Position numbers and translations under genes: made by a program. From Hormiphora californensis (Eukaryota; Animalia; Ctenophora), in assembly GCA_020137815.1 (NCBI GenBank), contig CM035358.1, positions 5,394,001-5,458,000 on the forward strand: 64,000 nt of DNA, written 5' to 3'. Positions within the stretch are counted from its first letter, which is position 1. Each line of letters starts with the position of its first letter. Shown here in pieces: positions 27,977-41,523 of this stretch. The notes below the pieces were generated by a model. It made no database searches. It was not told the origin of the DNA and saw only the letters and a list, made by a program, of their open reading frames with translations.

Positions 27977-29449
27977 CGATCAGATGAAGAGAGAGAGAGA
28001 GAGAGAGATGAGAGAGACGTTTTTACAGTTTTTACCCGCATACAACTGCACATGCACATATCTCTCAAACACACCAGTTCTATACACACATTGTACAGTG
28101 CAGCTCCCTTGGGGGCTGCTGCAGTACAATTACATCACCAGGGGCTGATATTTTTAAGTTTTTATCGTTAAAAGTTTGGTGATATTAAGAGACATTATTC
28201 AACACCTATTATGTGTGTTTGGAAGTGTATTTATTGGACATTTTGCCATGTTTTTTTGTTTAATTTACTGTTTGTGACATAAACCCCGAGTGTGTGTGAC
28301 AGAGAGTAAAAGTTCATGTTTCTTTTGACCAGTAATAGGAGTCGTGTATAAATATGTTGTAAAGTCAGTCCCGTGTGCGTGTGTGTAGTTTTCACCTCTT
28401 TCCTTCTTTTTTCACCAGAAACAGCTTGGAAAGAGTGACATTGAGAGTGCCATTTTTTGGACATCTAATATTCTCGCTGAGCGGGTGATTTTTGAGCATT
28501 AATCGGAAGGAAATTAGTTCTTCTATATTTTTAGATATATACAAGGTATATATATTATCAATTATTTTCTCCCTCTTTGCTACTAATTCACAGTTACTCC
28601 TACCTCATTTCTAACTCACAAACATTAAATTATACATACACATTATAACGACAGTAATTACAGAGATATCTTTTTCGCATGAGAGAAATTGAGTGCTTTA
28701 GAATGCGTGAGAGAGAGAGAGAGACATTCAAACAGAATTTTTTGTACAAGAACCGGAAATTTTGTCTGTGTTATAAATTTCCATATTAAATCCTATTGTA
28801 TTGTGTTAACGTGTGGATTTGTTTTCGCACTGAGAGAAATATGAAATGATGTGATGTTATTATGTCAAGACATACACACACATGCACATATATATTTGTG
28901 TGTGTACACATAGAGTTGTGAAGTAATGATACACATCAGCCATGCCCTCTTGTGTTGTTGTGGACAAAGAGAGAGAGGTTGTTTGGGTGAGAGGGAAAGG
29001 GGGGTCAAAGAGAGGGAAAGGGGGTCAAAGAGAGAGGGAAAGGGTTGGAATAGGGGGAAGCAAAGATAGAGAGCAGGTGCTGTGTGTATGTCGAACCCCT
29101 GAGGGTGTACCTTTGCACTTGCACCGAACCACTTGACAAATCACAGCTGTCTGCAGTCTATCCTGTCACTCATTTCTGACCTCCAATCTGGCCTCTATCT
29201 CTGACGGTCTTTCGCAATTCTTCTATTTCTCTCCCAATCTTCCCTCTGTTTCTCTCCCGATCCTCCCTCTATCTCACTCCCATCTCACTCTACCCATCTT
29301 CCCTATGCCTCTCTCCCAATCATCCCTCTATCTCTCCCAATCCTCCCTCTATCTCTGTTGCTCTTTCTCAATTCTCTCCGCGATTCTCTCGAAGGCAGCG
29401 TACGCCGTACACCGACAAGCAATCCACTGATTAGTACCCACTCTGCTCT

Positions 29450-29497
<48 letters not shown>

Positions 29498-30004
29498 ATC
29501 CCCCTCTCTCTCTATCTCTCTCTCTCTCTCTCTCCCTCGCTTTCTCTTTCTCTCGTCCAGGTGGTGATTGCGATTAACATTCTGACCTACAGACAAACAA
29601 ACACACAACTGTGATCACACATTACCCAATTTATACACCATGTACCAATATACACACACCTCTGGGGTAAATTGAGGCCTGAAAACTCAACTTTCATACA
29701 TGCATGCATCTTAGATAATACTGGTACACTCTCAAATGCGCGTCTGTGTGTGTGTGTGTGTGTGTGTATGTGTGTGTGTGTGTGTGTGTGTATGTTTGTA
29801 TACGTGCGATAATATTAATGTTATCGGGTTTTAACACAAAATGTCTTGAACTTTATATTCAGTTAACATAATGAAACCTGTGTGTTTATTTCTTGGTTAA
29901 TTGTAATAATTTTCTCATAAATTCAACGTAAAACATGCTATCCCATTTTATCATGTCATGGCATGTCAACTGCAGTGTTGACTCAACACTCACCTCTCTC
30001 TATC

Positions 30005-30086
<82 letters not shown>

Positions 30087-30426
30087 AATATATCTCTCTC
30101 TGTATCTCTTTCTCTCTCTCTCTATCTGTGTATATCTCTCTCTCTCTCTCTATGATACCTCTCTGTATCGCTGTTTCTGTGACATGTCCAGACTTGTTTC
30201 TCTCTCGATATATGCACTTCAGAATTGCATAAAGATAATAAATTCGTAATCTAATTCCCGTATCTCTCTCCCCCCTCTGCCTAGCCCCTCTCTCTCTCTC
30301 ACTCAGAGTCACATCCGTGGTTCCTAATTAAGTTAAGGGGACAGAAATTTGATGCCCCCTTTACACACGCACACACTAGTAATGTGTCACGTGCCCATAA
30401 AATGAGAGGGCTAAAATCAAAGGGAC

Positions 30427-30545
30427 CTGATCCTTCTCCACTTCACTGTGGATATACTGCTATCTGATCCCTCTCCACTTCACTGTGGATATACTGCTAG
30501 CTGATCCCTCTCCACTTCACTGTGCATGGATATACTGCTATCTGA
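30427..30545 (+). repeat. ~36-bp tandem repeat, 3 copies
   Basis: ctgatccctctccacttcactgtggatatactgcta repeated. Confidence 0.85.
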
Positions 30546-33500
30546 GTTGGGCTTGTTTACTGCCCCTTGCCAGCGCACGTGAAGGTCGTCCCAAGGGGGG
30601 TTACTTCGTAACCAAGGCTAATAAATAGTGAACAGATATTTTAGGACACGAGGGGGGGGGGGCTGTGTGTGATCTTGCTATATAATTATATATAATATAT
30701 CAGAACAAGGGGTATCGACTTCTTAGCGGGTGGTTATGAAGCGGTGTAGGTAGCGAGGGAGAGAGAGAGTCCGGAGTGGAGAGGGAGTTGAGAGTTACCA
30801 ATTATCTTCGGGGGTGGTCTCGAGTGATTTACCATTTTCTTAGAAACAAGAAGAAACCATGACGTTATTTAACGTTGTATTGTGAAATGATAGAGCATTG
30901 TAATCAAGTTTAGTAGCTGGGAGTCTGTCTCATATAAGACCGTCTTCTTCGCACCGGTGCTTGTGGGATGCGTGATTTACAGTCAGTGCCTGACAATAGG
31001 GAGCCGGAGTCTGTTGAGTCTGTTCGTGCTCCCGTGTATGAACAATTTAAGGAGTCTGGCGGCGCCGACCCGATCTGAGAGCACTGAGAATCAAGTCGGG
31101 GTCTGGCGGGGCTTTTTGGGAGTCACCGTACCTTGGCGCTTGTCAGTGCTGTATTTAATAGCTGTCAACAACCTAATACATGAATACTAAGTGAAAGTCT
31201 GATATAAACTTATGAAATTGAAAAGAGGGGGTGGTGAGATTTACCCATGCTTGTTTGTTTGCACAGGGGGGGGTTCCCAATCAAGGCTATTATTCCATAT
31301 ATGGAATAATTAACAGTCACATGTTCGAACAGGTGCAGCGAGTAATTGGGGGGGACACGTGATTGGAACCAGAGGGTAGCAGAGAGAGGGATGTAGATTA
31401 GTGGGTAGAGTAGAAAGAGAGAGAGAGATAGAGGGGGGTAGCGTGAAGAAGGAATAGAAAGTTTGTAGGAAAGAGTAACATAAATTTCCAGAACTGGATT
31501 TCTGTGAGTCCTAGAATACCGATTTCCTACCGATTTCCAATTCTGGATTTTTTAAAAACGGTTTAAAGGAAGGAAATTTGGGAAAAAAAGCGGGATTTTT
31601 TTGGGGGAGAGGGGGAGAGAGAGGACAGAACCAAAAAGAAAGAGGGGGGGGGTTTGGGAAGGGAAGGGGAGGAGGAAAAAAAAAAGGGGAAAAGGGGGGC
31701 CGGGTGGGTTTTTAAGAGAAGCCCCCCAAGATTTTTAAGTCCTTTCCCCCTTTTTTCACAAGTCACAAAAATTCAGGACAAGTAGATCCCTGCCCCCCCT
31801 TTCTGCAGAGGGGTACCCCCCCTTCCCCGCCCACGGGGCCTCCCCTGCCGGGGTCAGACTCCCCAGTAGTGTTAGGAAAACACCGAGCATTGGCCTGACC
31901 CCCCTTTTATTTTTTTCGGAAAACCCCGCGATTAAAAATGTGGTCAGAAACATTGAAATGAAGTTCCGTAGTTTGAAAATTGTATCAGGTTAATTAAACC
32001 CAGGTCAATGGCCAATAAACATCCCTTGATATCTGGGATAGTATCCCTTTTTGAGTGAGGACAACAAAAAAATAGAGAACCGTTTAAAGTAGTGGTTTTC
32101 AAATTTTAGGGGGCCCCCCCCCCCCCCCGTAACGGGGGTTGAAAAAACTACAAATAGGCCACAAAAAAAACCACAAATTTGGGAAAAAGACAGCATTGGG
32201 TTTTTGAGTAAAAGGGGGGAAAAGGGGAAAAAAAAATCCCCCCCCTTTCTCAACAAACGCAAATTTCCCCGTCTCGATTCTTTAAATTAAAAAAATTAAT
32301 CATTCTTCTTCGTGGCATAGCTCAACCCCGGCCCCTTTTCGCGAGTTGGAACAAAACAACTTCTTCGTAAACTAAAACTAAAACGGGGAAGACACGAAAA
32401 AAAAAACTAAAACTTTAATTTGAAAAAAAAACGGTTTTAAAACTTGGGGTCGGGGGGTCAGCAAAAAAGTTTTTGGGAAATTGGGGCCAAAAATTTTCCC
32501 GGGGGCCCAATTCAACCAAAACCCTTTTTTTAAGGGGAAATTTTGGAGAGATAAGGGGGTAAGAAAAGGGGGAGAGGAGAGGAGGGGAGACGAAGGGGAG
32601 GGGAGCGAGAGAGGAGAGAGAGGGGAGAGAGAGGGGGAGAGAGAGAGAGAGGAAACGGAGAGAGAGGAGAGGGGGAGGGGAGGAGTGGGGAGAGAGGGTG
32701 ACCTAAAAGAGGGGAAATTCTAGGGGGGTTCCATATTTCCCCTATCCCCTCTTTTCTTTTTCTCTTCTCATTTCGTCTCTCTCTCTCTCTTCTTTTCCCC
32801 TTCTATCTCTTCTCCCCTTTTCTCCCCCTTTTCTCTCTATCTCTCTCTATGGGTTGGGTTTTAGTCACGTGATGGGGGAAGAACAATTTAAAGTTTTACA
32901 CCCAAATGTGGGTACACCCAAAAAAAGAAATAGAAAAATAATAAGACGTCCATTAGGTTTATAATTATTTTATCTGTCTGCCTATCTGTCCCTCACTTTG
33001 TCTGTCTGTTTGAATCACATGGAAGACACACAGAACTGGCCGAGTTAGAAAAACAAAGGAAACAAAATAATTCTGTGAGGGAATCCATTCTACCCCAACA
33101 AACACCAAAAAGACTGAGAAGTGAGGCATGAATCGTGTCTGAATTATACCCCTCTACAAATTAGGTGACTTAATTCATTAGTAAAAAAAGTATTAAATAT
33201 AATTTACTTTCGGCGGCTGGATGAGAATTGAAAGACACCGTACCAGTACCTACACAACCACCCTTAAAAAATAGTGTATTGGTCTCACTACACTATCGTT
33301 TAGATATTGTTTGTACCGTTCCCCCGAGATTCTAGCATGTCGATCAAGGTCAAAGATGCCATTGCCAATTTGAATTCTACGATTCTCTGAATGATCCAAT
33401 ACCATTGAATACCATTTCGAAGTGAATCAATAAAACCGTCACCCCTGTTCCAATAATTCTCGTTTCATCTATTTAATGACAAGCAGAAATTGTTTTTGAT

Positions 33501-36339
33501 TCATTCTTACTTTGTGTGTTTAGAGTTTTAGTGCTTGACATGTTTCTGTGTGTGTATGTTTGAGTGTGCGCCCTTCCCCCACACACTCACAAACTCGCAT
33601 AGGAAACTAAACGTTTATGTAACGCGCGGATGGTTTGGTGTGATAAAAGCAGATGGTGTGATTTGCGCGAACTGCGCGCATTCTCTCAAATGAACCAGCC
33701 TGGGTTTGGATTCATTTCCACATGACAGCCAATCATTTTCACGTGGTGCAGTGTCTCTCATCCAGTTTTTTAGTTCTAAATTTAGCGGGACACTATACCC
33801 CCTGTTTTCCATATTAATTCCGCCGGTTTCCTTAAGTCTCGTTAAACAAAAATTTTGTAAAAGATTAAGATAAATTAAAATACTCTTTTTAAAATAAAAA
33901 CCCGGTAAATAGGAAATAAAATTAAATTCTGTGCCTCTGTGAGCAACTCTCTCAATGAATCACTGAATCATAAAACAGCGTTTTCACACTTGAGGGTTCT
34001 TCTTTTCCTTCTTCTCAAAGAGATTGTCAAACTCAGAGAGTGTTTGGGGGAGATCCTTTCCTCCGGTCTCTGGTACAAGAATGAACGCTACCGTACACAG
34101 GAACCCAACGACTCCTGGGGTTTGGGGGGTAATGTTATGAATGGGAGAAATAACTTGATTACACCATTACTTCCCTTCCTTCCTTGCTAGTTCTGGGGAA
34201 GGGCGTAGTTTACTGTTTACTAGTTATTGCGTCACTTTTAGAATTTAGTTTTACTCAAAGTGACACCAACTGTCAAACAGGAGATCTTACCGACTGCTAT
34301 ATAAGGGATGACAGGCGATAGGGTGAGTGCGTCACTGATAAACGGAGCAAGAAGGGCAGCCACTCAGGCTGAGGCTGATCCAATTCCTGGGTAAGGGGGA
34401 AGAAGGGGTTAGAGCTGTCAAGAAGAACTAGGAGCTGATTTCAGATTTGAACTGTCTGGCGGCGCCAGACCCCATTTGATTCTCGCGACAGTGCGCTCAG
34501 ATGGGTCGCGGCGCCAGACAGGATTTGAATCAGAAACTATTACAGTCTTACACCGAGACAGAAACTCGAGTTAAACAAGACTCTAGAAGCTGATATCGAA
34601 ACACCAGCCGATATCTACTTCTAGATATCATTTACCTGATCCTAAACTCCTAATTTTAGTAGGATACATCTCACTGGAGTAGAGGTATATAACCGCCCAC
34701 AGCGAACCTGACAGCGCCTGACCAGGGGGAGAACACAAAATCACTTAAGTTATCTTCTTTAGAATGAACCTGAATTATAACAATAATTTGTTTGAGGGAA
34801 GTTCGAGAGAGACTCACCTTCCCAAATCCATACATGACTTTGCGGCTGGTTTTGTTGTCATACGCTGATATCATTACACACGCGGAGGCAAAAGCTAAAG
34901 ATGCCATAAAGGTGACTTTCCTGCCCAACTTTTCCATGGCAAAGAATGCAAATACACGACCTGTGTGGGAAGGGGGAGTGTCACATGGCCAGGGGGATAT
35001 AAAAAAACTGGCCAAAACATTATGTCATCTCTCCTGGCCTCCTCTTTGATCCTGACAGCTCTAGCGGCTGTACGGGTACCAGTACACGTGATAGTGTACC
35101 TGTACCGCTGTTTTACAACAACTGTACCTACCTGGTAGCTCTGCCAGGCCAAGTATGAGAGCGTTTATGTAGATGGAACCAGCGAGGTTTTTAGCACTGA
35201 ACCACAACATGTAGTAAACAAGGGATGTCATGAACCACCCAAACATGTTGATAATACCACACCTGTGTAATAACAGGTCATTTAATTAGCAGGTCATTTA
35301 ATTTGCATTATTAGTAGAGAGCTGGCAATTAATAAGTTGATAACTATAGAGCTAGGCTGCTTCAAGTTTGAATGGCCCATTGCCCTATTCAGCAGGGCAA
35401 GATATGCTGTTCAGGAGTAGGACCGACTCCTGAAGAGAATACACTTGAACTACCCAGTCCCCCTTCCCCACATGACCCCCCACCCCCGTGTGACGTTATG
35501 ACAGCTAGGTACCTGAGCAGCCGGGGGTTCTTCAGTACATCAACAAGGCTGGCTGATGTATCCACGTCCTCATAGAGCTCACAATTAACTGGCATTTCCT
35601 GTTTGTTAACCTGTGCTACCTTGGATAGTAGAGACAGGGCTTGTTTATCGTCCCCTTTACTTAGACAGTACCTGGGATGGGAGGGTGGCTTGTAATGGGT
35701 AGCGGGAGGGGAGAGCTTGGGTTGGCTATCATCAACAGGTGTATTGGTGTAAGCAACTCAAGAAATATGGCATCAGCCGCATAAAACATGCCGTATTGTG
35801 CGGTTCAAAGGCAGAATAGTCCGTCTAGTATCATGGTCGAAATAAATTCAATATTATATGCTGTCTGGCGTTACCAATACCAGGGCCCGTTTTGATTCCC
35901 ATAGCAGTGGGCTCAGATCGGGTCGGCGCCACCAGACAGCTATATTACGCACCTTGGTGACTCAGGTGTAAAGAAGAAGCAGACAGGTAGCATGATCGAG
36001 GAAGGAACGGCCAGGGCGATAGCATACGTGGTCCAATCTTGGAACAGGTATCCCCAGAATGCGATGGACGCCATGCCTGTCAGAGTAACATGGGTTGTAT
36101 AATCGGGGAGGAACCAGTTGGGGCACTATTTATGATTGACACAAGTGTCTGACGTCTGTGAGATGTATGGAAAAGAGAAAAAGAATAAGATACTGGAAAG
36201 TGCGATAAAAGAGTATGTGGTTGGTAAAACTAAACATGCCAAGCAATGTTTCAGCTTTTGGCAGTGAAATGGCACTGCTGCTGCAGTGACCTTGTTTCAT
36301 ACAGCTACCAGCAATCAATATCATTGTACACTGTCCTTT

Positions 36340-36500
36340 AGTACAGTACACTGTACAGTACACTGTACATTTTTCAGTACAGTTGTCAGTACAGTTATCA
36401 GTACAGTAGGCAGTACAGTTGTCAGTACAGTTGTCAGTACAGTAGGCAGTACAGTTGCCAGTACAGTTATCAGTACAGTTGTCAGTACAGTTTTCAGTTA
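36340..36500. repeat. 12-bp intronic minisatellite (agtacagttgtc)n
   Basis: Directly visible tandem array abutting a splice donor. Confidence 0.9.
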
Positions 36501-37699
36501 CCTATGCTGGTAATAAAGTGAAGACTGGTCCCAATGGTGTTCCTGTACTTTGGTGGGGCATATTCAACCTGGGTGAGAAGGGGCAATTATATATAAGAGG
36601 GGTCTAGGAGTAGGACTGCGAATAGTTTTCTAACTTCAACAACCATTAAAATACATAACAGTTGAGACTTGAGAGTCTCTAAATGATACCTCAAGGACAA
36701 AGCCGATAAGAAAGTATCCTCCAAAAGCTGCCCCATCAAGGCACCTACACGCCAGGTACACGTAGATATTCTTGAAAAATGGGATAATCCAAGCCTGGGC
36801 GACAGAGAGACCAAGACTGATCAATAGGGTCTTTCGTCTTCCAATCATGTCAGATAATCTTCCGAACCCGGCCACACCTGTATGTAGAAAGCAGCTGTAG
36901 AATCATATGAATATCAATTCTATTTTTCATTGTGGAAAGAAACGATCACTATAAATCTGGCCCATATTTTGACATATACAGAGTGCTCACCAAAGAATGC
37001 ACCAATGAAAAATATTGACGAGGTAAAAGTGAACTTTGCGTGTTCTTTACACGGCAGTGGGATGTCAGACTTGATAGAGAATCTGAAGAGGGAGGGGTCA
37101 GTATTTAGCGATGAATGATCATTTTACTATTTATTTCGGGTAGGAAGAGAAGGATGAGTTTTTAGAAGTTACTCCAGTTGTTATAGCAGCTGTACGTTTG
37201 AAATTATACTCACTTTGTATTGTTGAACTCCCAGTAAAGTCCATTCCCCACTCCGTCCAACTTATCTTCAATGGCTTTATTCTGTTCCACCTCACAGGGC
37301 ATTTTACCTTCTACAAACCTGAAAATAGTTGGGTTATATTTGATATACTGCGTTCCAGCTATAATAACACAAAAACTGTCCGACTCAGAACGGGTTGGTT
37401 ATACCGCCAGACGGATAAAAAAGCATTGCAGTGCCACGAATTGGCGCCCAAGTTCCCTATGCTATGTGATATTTATGTCATCTATCCTGTCTCTAAGGTC
37501 AAGAGGAAGAATTTTTGGCATTTTTCCAGGGCTTCATATTCAGATCCTATGCTGTATGCGTAACACATATCAACATGTTTTTCCAGGGCGGGGACGAATT
37601 AGGAACATGAGTAGATGAATGAATTTGAGAAAAGAGAGACACCCAGTTTTGGTAATACCAAGTTAGTTACCGGGATAACCCTACCCCCTAGGCTCTAAT

Positions 37700-37885
37700 C
37701 AATGGTTACTACCACTAGTTACCAAGGTTACTACCACTAGTTACCAAGTTACTAACTGCTAGTTACCAAGGTTACTAACTGCTAGTTACCAAGGTTACTA
37801 ACTGCTAGTTACCGAGGTTACTACCACTAGTTATCAAGGTTACTAACCACTAGTTACCAAGGTTACTAACCACTAGTTACCGAGG
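37700..37885. repeat. 22-23-bp intronic minisatellite (ttactaactgctagttaccaagg)n
   Basis: Directly visible tandem array. Confidence 0.9.
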
Positions 37886-38445
37886 GCTAAGATATCTAGT
37901 ACTAACGTGCAGTTGTGTTCCAAGCCAAGTTCAGTGCAGGTCCAGTCAAAGTTGTTCTTTGCAGCAAACAAATCAAATAGGATTCTCCAGGCAGCCAGAG
38001 CAGCAATAGTTGACATCAAAATAATTAGGACTACCTAGTGAATTTATTAAGTTAATATTCAGTAATCAAATCGAAGTAAATTGGGATCCAATCTGAGTGC
38101 ACTTCTTGAGAATCCAATTGGGGTCTGGCGCCGCCAGACAGTAATTGGGGCAGGGACTGGGAACTGGGGACTATGCTAGTTGGGTAAATGGGGCCTGGGA
38201 CTAGTTTGGTAATTGTGAGTCATTGTTTGACACTTTGCACCTACCTGAAACCGTCCAATGGTTCCAAAATGCTGCAACACATTATCGATTTTATACCTGA
38301 GAGTGGGGGAGAGGGAGATCAGCTATAATATCATGATACATCACCAATATATTGGAAAACTTGGAAGAACGTCCGGCTCATTATATCCCTCTGTACCAAG
38401 CTTTTTTTGAATATTTTTATTCGGTCAGGTATGATCCCCAACCTA

Positions 38446-38732
38446 ACACGGCGTCATACACATTTTTATTTGGAATTTCTATCTGGGATTTCTATTTGGA
38501 ATTTCTATCTGGAAGAACCGCACGTGCAGATGCGCCGCGCCGCGCCTCAAGTTCACGTGCGAGATTAAAGAGAGAGACGCACATTAACGTTGTACGTTTG
38601 TCTCTCACTCTCTCTTGAAAACCCGCACGTGCAGATGCGCCGCGCCGCGGCTCAAATTCACGTGCGTGTTATACAGATTCTGATAGAAAATACGAGGACA
38701 AAATTCCATATAAAAATGTGTATGACGGACTG
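38446..38732. mobile_element. MITE in an SLC22 intron
   Basis: cgtcatacacatttttatttggaattt / aaattccatataaaaatgtgtatgacg inverted ends; internal direct repeat ccgcacgtgcagatgcgccgcgccgcg. Confidence 0.6.
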
Positions 38733-39157
38733 TAATAGATCGCCCTCTCATACTCCCCCGTACAGAGGACCATACTCTCCCTCCCCCAGTTATAAAGCTA
38801 TGCTAAACAGTTTAGACCTAAGAAGGGAATGCAGGTACATAGATAGAATCCATGGTTACCATATAAAATACTCTCAAAAAAGTGAAGGGAGGAGCAGAGG
38901 GGCAGGCAGAAACTGAGAAGGCTTGTCTAGTTTGAGAATTGAAGAATTGATTCGGGTAAAAACAAGACATTGTCTAGTAACCAATGCCCATGGCCCCTGT
39001 CTTCGTATCTACCTAGAAACAGTTAACTCATCATCTTCCTGCACGTTCTTGAGAGGGACCTCCTCAGGCTCTAACGATTCATACTTTTTACCAGTTCCAC
39101 TAGCCATGATGATGTGGCTAGCTGAGCTGTGAGTCTAAAATGGAGCAGGTTATATTA

Positions 39158-39240
39158 CAGTCGGACCACGATTTAGTGGCATCCTCGGGGGAAAAAAATC
39201 CTGCCACTAAATCGGAGGCCACTAAATCGGGGTCCGACTG
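39158..39240. mobile_element. 83-bp copy of the pogo-type MITE (related copies at 40498-~40652 and 41104-41244)
   Basis: TA|cagtcggacc...ggtccgactg|TA; same TIRs as 9681-10537. Confidence 0.85.
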
Positions 39241-39448
39241 TATAGGATAGCAAGTCTCAAGGATTCCTTTATTTTCAATTTGAATAATTAAAATTATTTT
39301 GAAAAAACGGGCAGTAGCAAACAATATGTATTGTTTTAAGAAGGCTTCAAGCGTTGGTATGAGAGGAGGAGTTGTCGCAACAGAGGGCAGAGAAATATGC
39401 AACTGCACAGCTGTATAATATTGATGGCATAATAAATACAAAGGGATG

Positions 39449-39544
<96 letters not shown>

Positions 39545-39974
39545 AACGGTTCTACTTAATGTCACTCTATTGTAGCCCATCTGGTGCCAACTTGTCTCAC
39601 TCGAGTAAGTTACCCAACCATCTAATTAGGACTGCATTTGTGCCCTCAAAATGCCAACAGCTATGTTACCCCCGAGCCCCGGAGGGCGGATGACATATCA
39701 TTTATCTGCAGCTGGGGCCTCCAGGGTTGCTTTGCTCGACCCTGTTTGACCCCGCCCCGCACGGGGAAACATATTTTTGAATAATAAAATTCCAGGATAT
39801 GCCCCGAGTTCTCGCAAGGCCTGCTGAAGGAATTGAAACCGCACTATAAATTAAATTAAGGAACAAGATAGATAATATCTTCACTCGCTGCATTCTCACA
39901 TTTCTCTCTTTTCTCACACAACACGCCCTACTGTACAACAGTTGAAGGGAAAACATACAGCGGGCTGATCTCGG

Positions 39975-40046
39975 GGTGGAAGGGTCATAGGTTAGAGCAA
40001 TGTACATGTAATGCAAAGGTTGTCGGTTCGAGCCCGGCCCTCGCCA
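39975..40046 (+). other. Degenerate tRNA-like sequence (tRNA pseudogene or SINE head)
   Basis: A-box-like ggttagagc (39990), B-box ggttcgagccc (40025), GTA in the loop, 3' ccctcgcca; acceptor stem imperfect. Confidence 0.4.
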
Positions 40047-41523
40047 GATATTTTTCTAGTTTCCTCCCTAATCCTGATCAGATCTCATTATAATAAATTA
40101 AAATAAATTAAATCTATTATAGCAACACACACAAACTGCTACATGATGTTTGTGTTAGAATAATTCATCCCAATTCCTCAATAGTCTGGCGCTAACGATT
40201 TGTTATTATATGTTCCAAATCTAGAACTTAGATTCTAAGCGTCCTTTGAGAGAGGGTCGAGCTGTCAGAACGTTGGCCTGACCTTACTCTCATTTATTTC
40301 ACATTTGAGAACAGTGGTCAGAGTAAGGTTCGAGCAAGGCAAGTTGCAAAGGGTGTTGAAGAGCTGTGAAAGTAATCAGCAATATTAAAAACCATCGAGC
40401 ATGTTTTGGAGACTCTACACACTCACAGATTATTATTACAAGCAAGAGCTAGAAATCTCGCATTAATATAATTGTAGTGTGTACTATGTAACATGTACAG
40501 TCGGACCCCGATTTACCGGGATCATGCTTTGAGGCCAAAAGGAGTTTACCCGGTAAATCGGGTGCCCATTTTTATATAGATCAGTATGAAATAAACATTG
40601 TTCATTCCCTATATCAGGGGAAATTTATCCGTCCGCTAAATCGGGGTCCGGTTTTAAATTTATGAAAAAGACACACAATACACAACAATACATAATACGA
40701 CTGCAACGTATGGCACACACAATGTTTAAAATACACGGACTAAACATTGTCGTGTAAAAAAAACAAGCCGTATTGAAAGGCACACCCAGTAGAAATTCAA
40801 AGCAATTTATGTCATATTGCTAGTAGACTGTAACAGGCGGTGATAGGGATCCCTAAAAAAGTTCAGTATTTACACAGCGTTTACACAGTCTTTACACAGT
40901 CGTTACACCCAGAGCGGCGCGTGCTGCGTTTTGCAGCTTTTTCTAAGAAAATATTGGATTGTGTGCTGCACAATTGAGTAAATTGAGCAGTGTATGTCGA
41001 TGTAAAACGATTACAAGGATATAGGATATATTATGAGGGGTATGCAACAATTCAGGAATTTATAGAAGGCACGCGGTCAAAGGGAGAGTATCAGGCTGTT
41101 ATACAGTCGGACCCCGATTTACCGGGAGGATAATATTCCCCCAAAATAGGAAATTAAAAGTATTTGACCCCGATATACCGGGCACCCCGATTTACCGGGT
41201 AAAATCCTTTCCTCCGAGGATCCCGGTAAATCGGGGTCCGACTGTTATAGTAGTGTCTTGCAGGAGATGCACTGCAAACAAATATGTCTCATAAAGATGT
41301 GAAACCAGACGTATTTGAAATAGTCAACCCGCCAATATATTCAAAGTCATAAACAAGATAATGAACATTTATAAGGGCACTTTTAGATTTGATTTGATAA
41401 TAAGCCTAAAATGAAGCCATAGGACATGCAAAGTGCAATTTCAGGAAAAATGAAGATGGAATTTGGGAAGTCCTTGGAGTTGGTTGTTCAACTTCCCTTA
41501 GCATGATGGATTATATTATATAA

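Larger units (their letters stand above)
33984..39107 (-). pseudogene. SLC22/organic cation transporter-like MFS gene (~14 exons) with an in-frame TGA at 34364-34366
   Basis: FGTIGRFQ, GRLSDMIGRRK, EYAPPKYR, PES, ELPG, EKLGRK, YSSEMYPTKIRSLG, VPETGGKDLP motifs; GT-AG introns; start MASGTGKK at 39107, stop at 33984-33986. Confidence 0.85.

Noticed and set aside
31560-32930. Region of long G/C/A/T homopolymers with short ORFs
   Set aside because: Looks like low-coverage or poorly polished consensus with homopolymer inflation; no biological inference is safe
39975-40046. Functional tRNA-Tyr
   Set aside because: Acceptor and D stems pair poorly; kept only as tRNA-like
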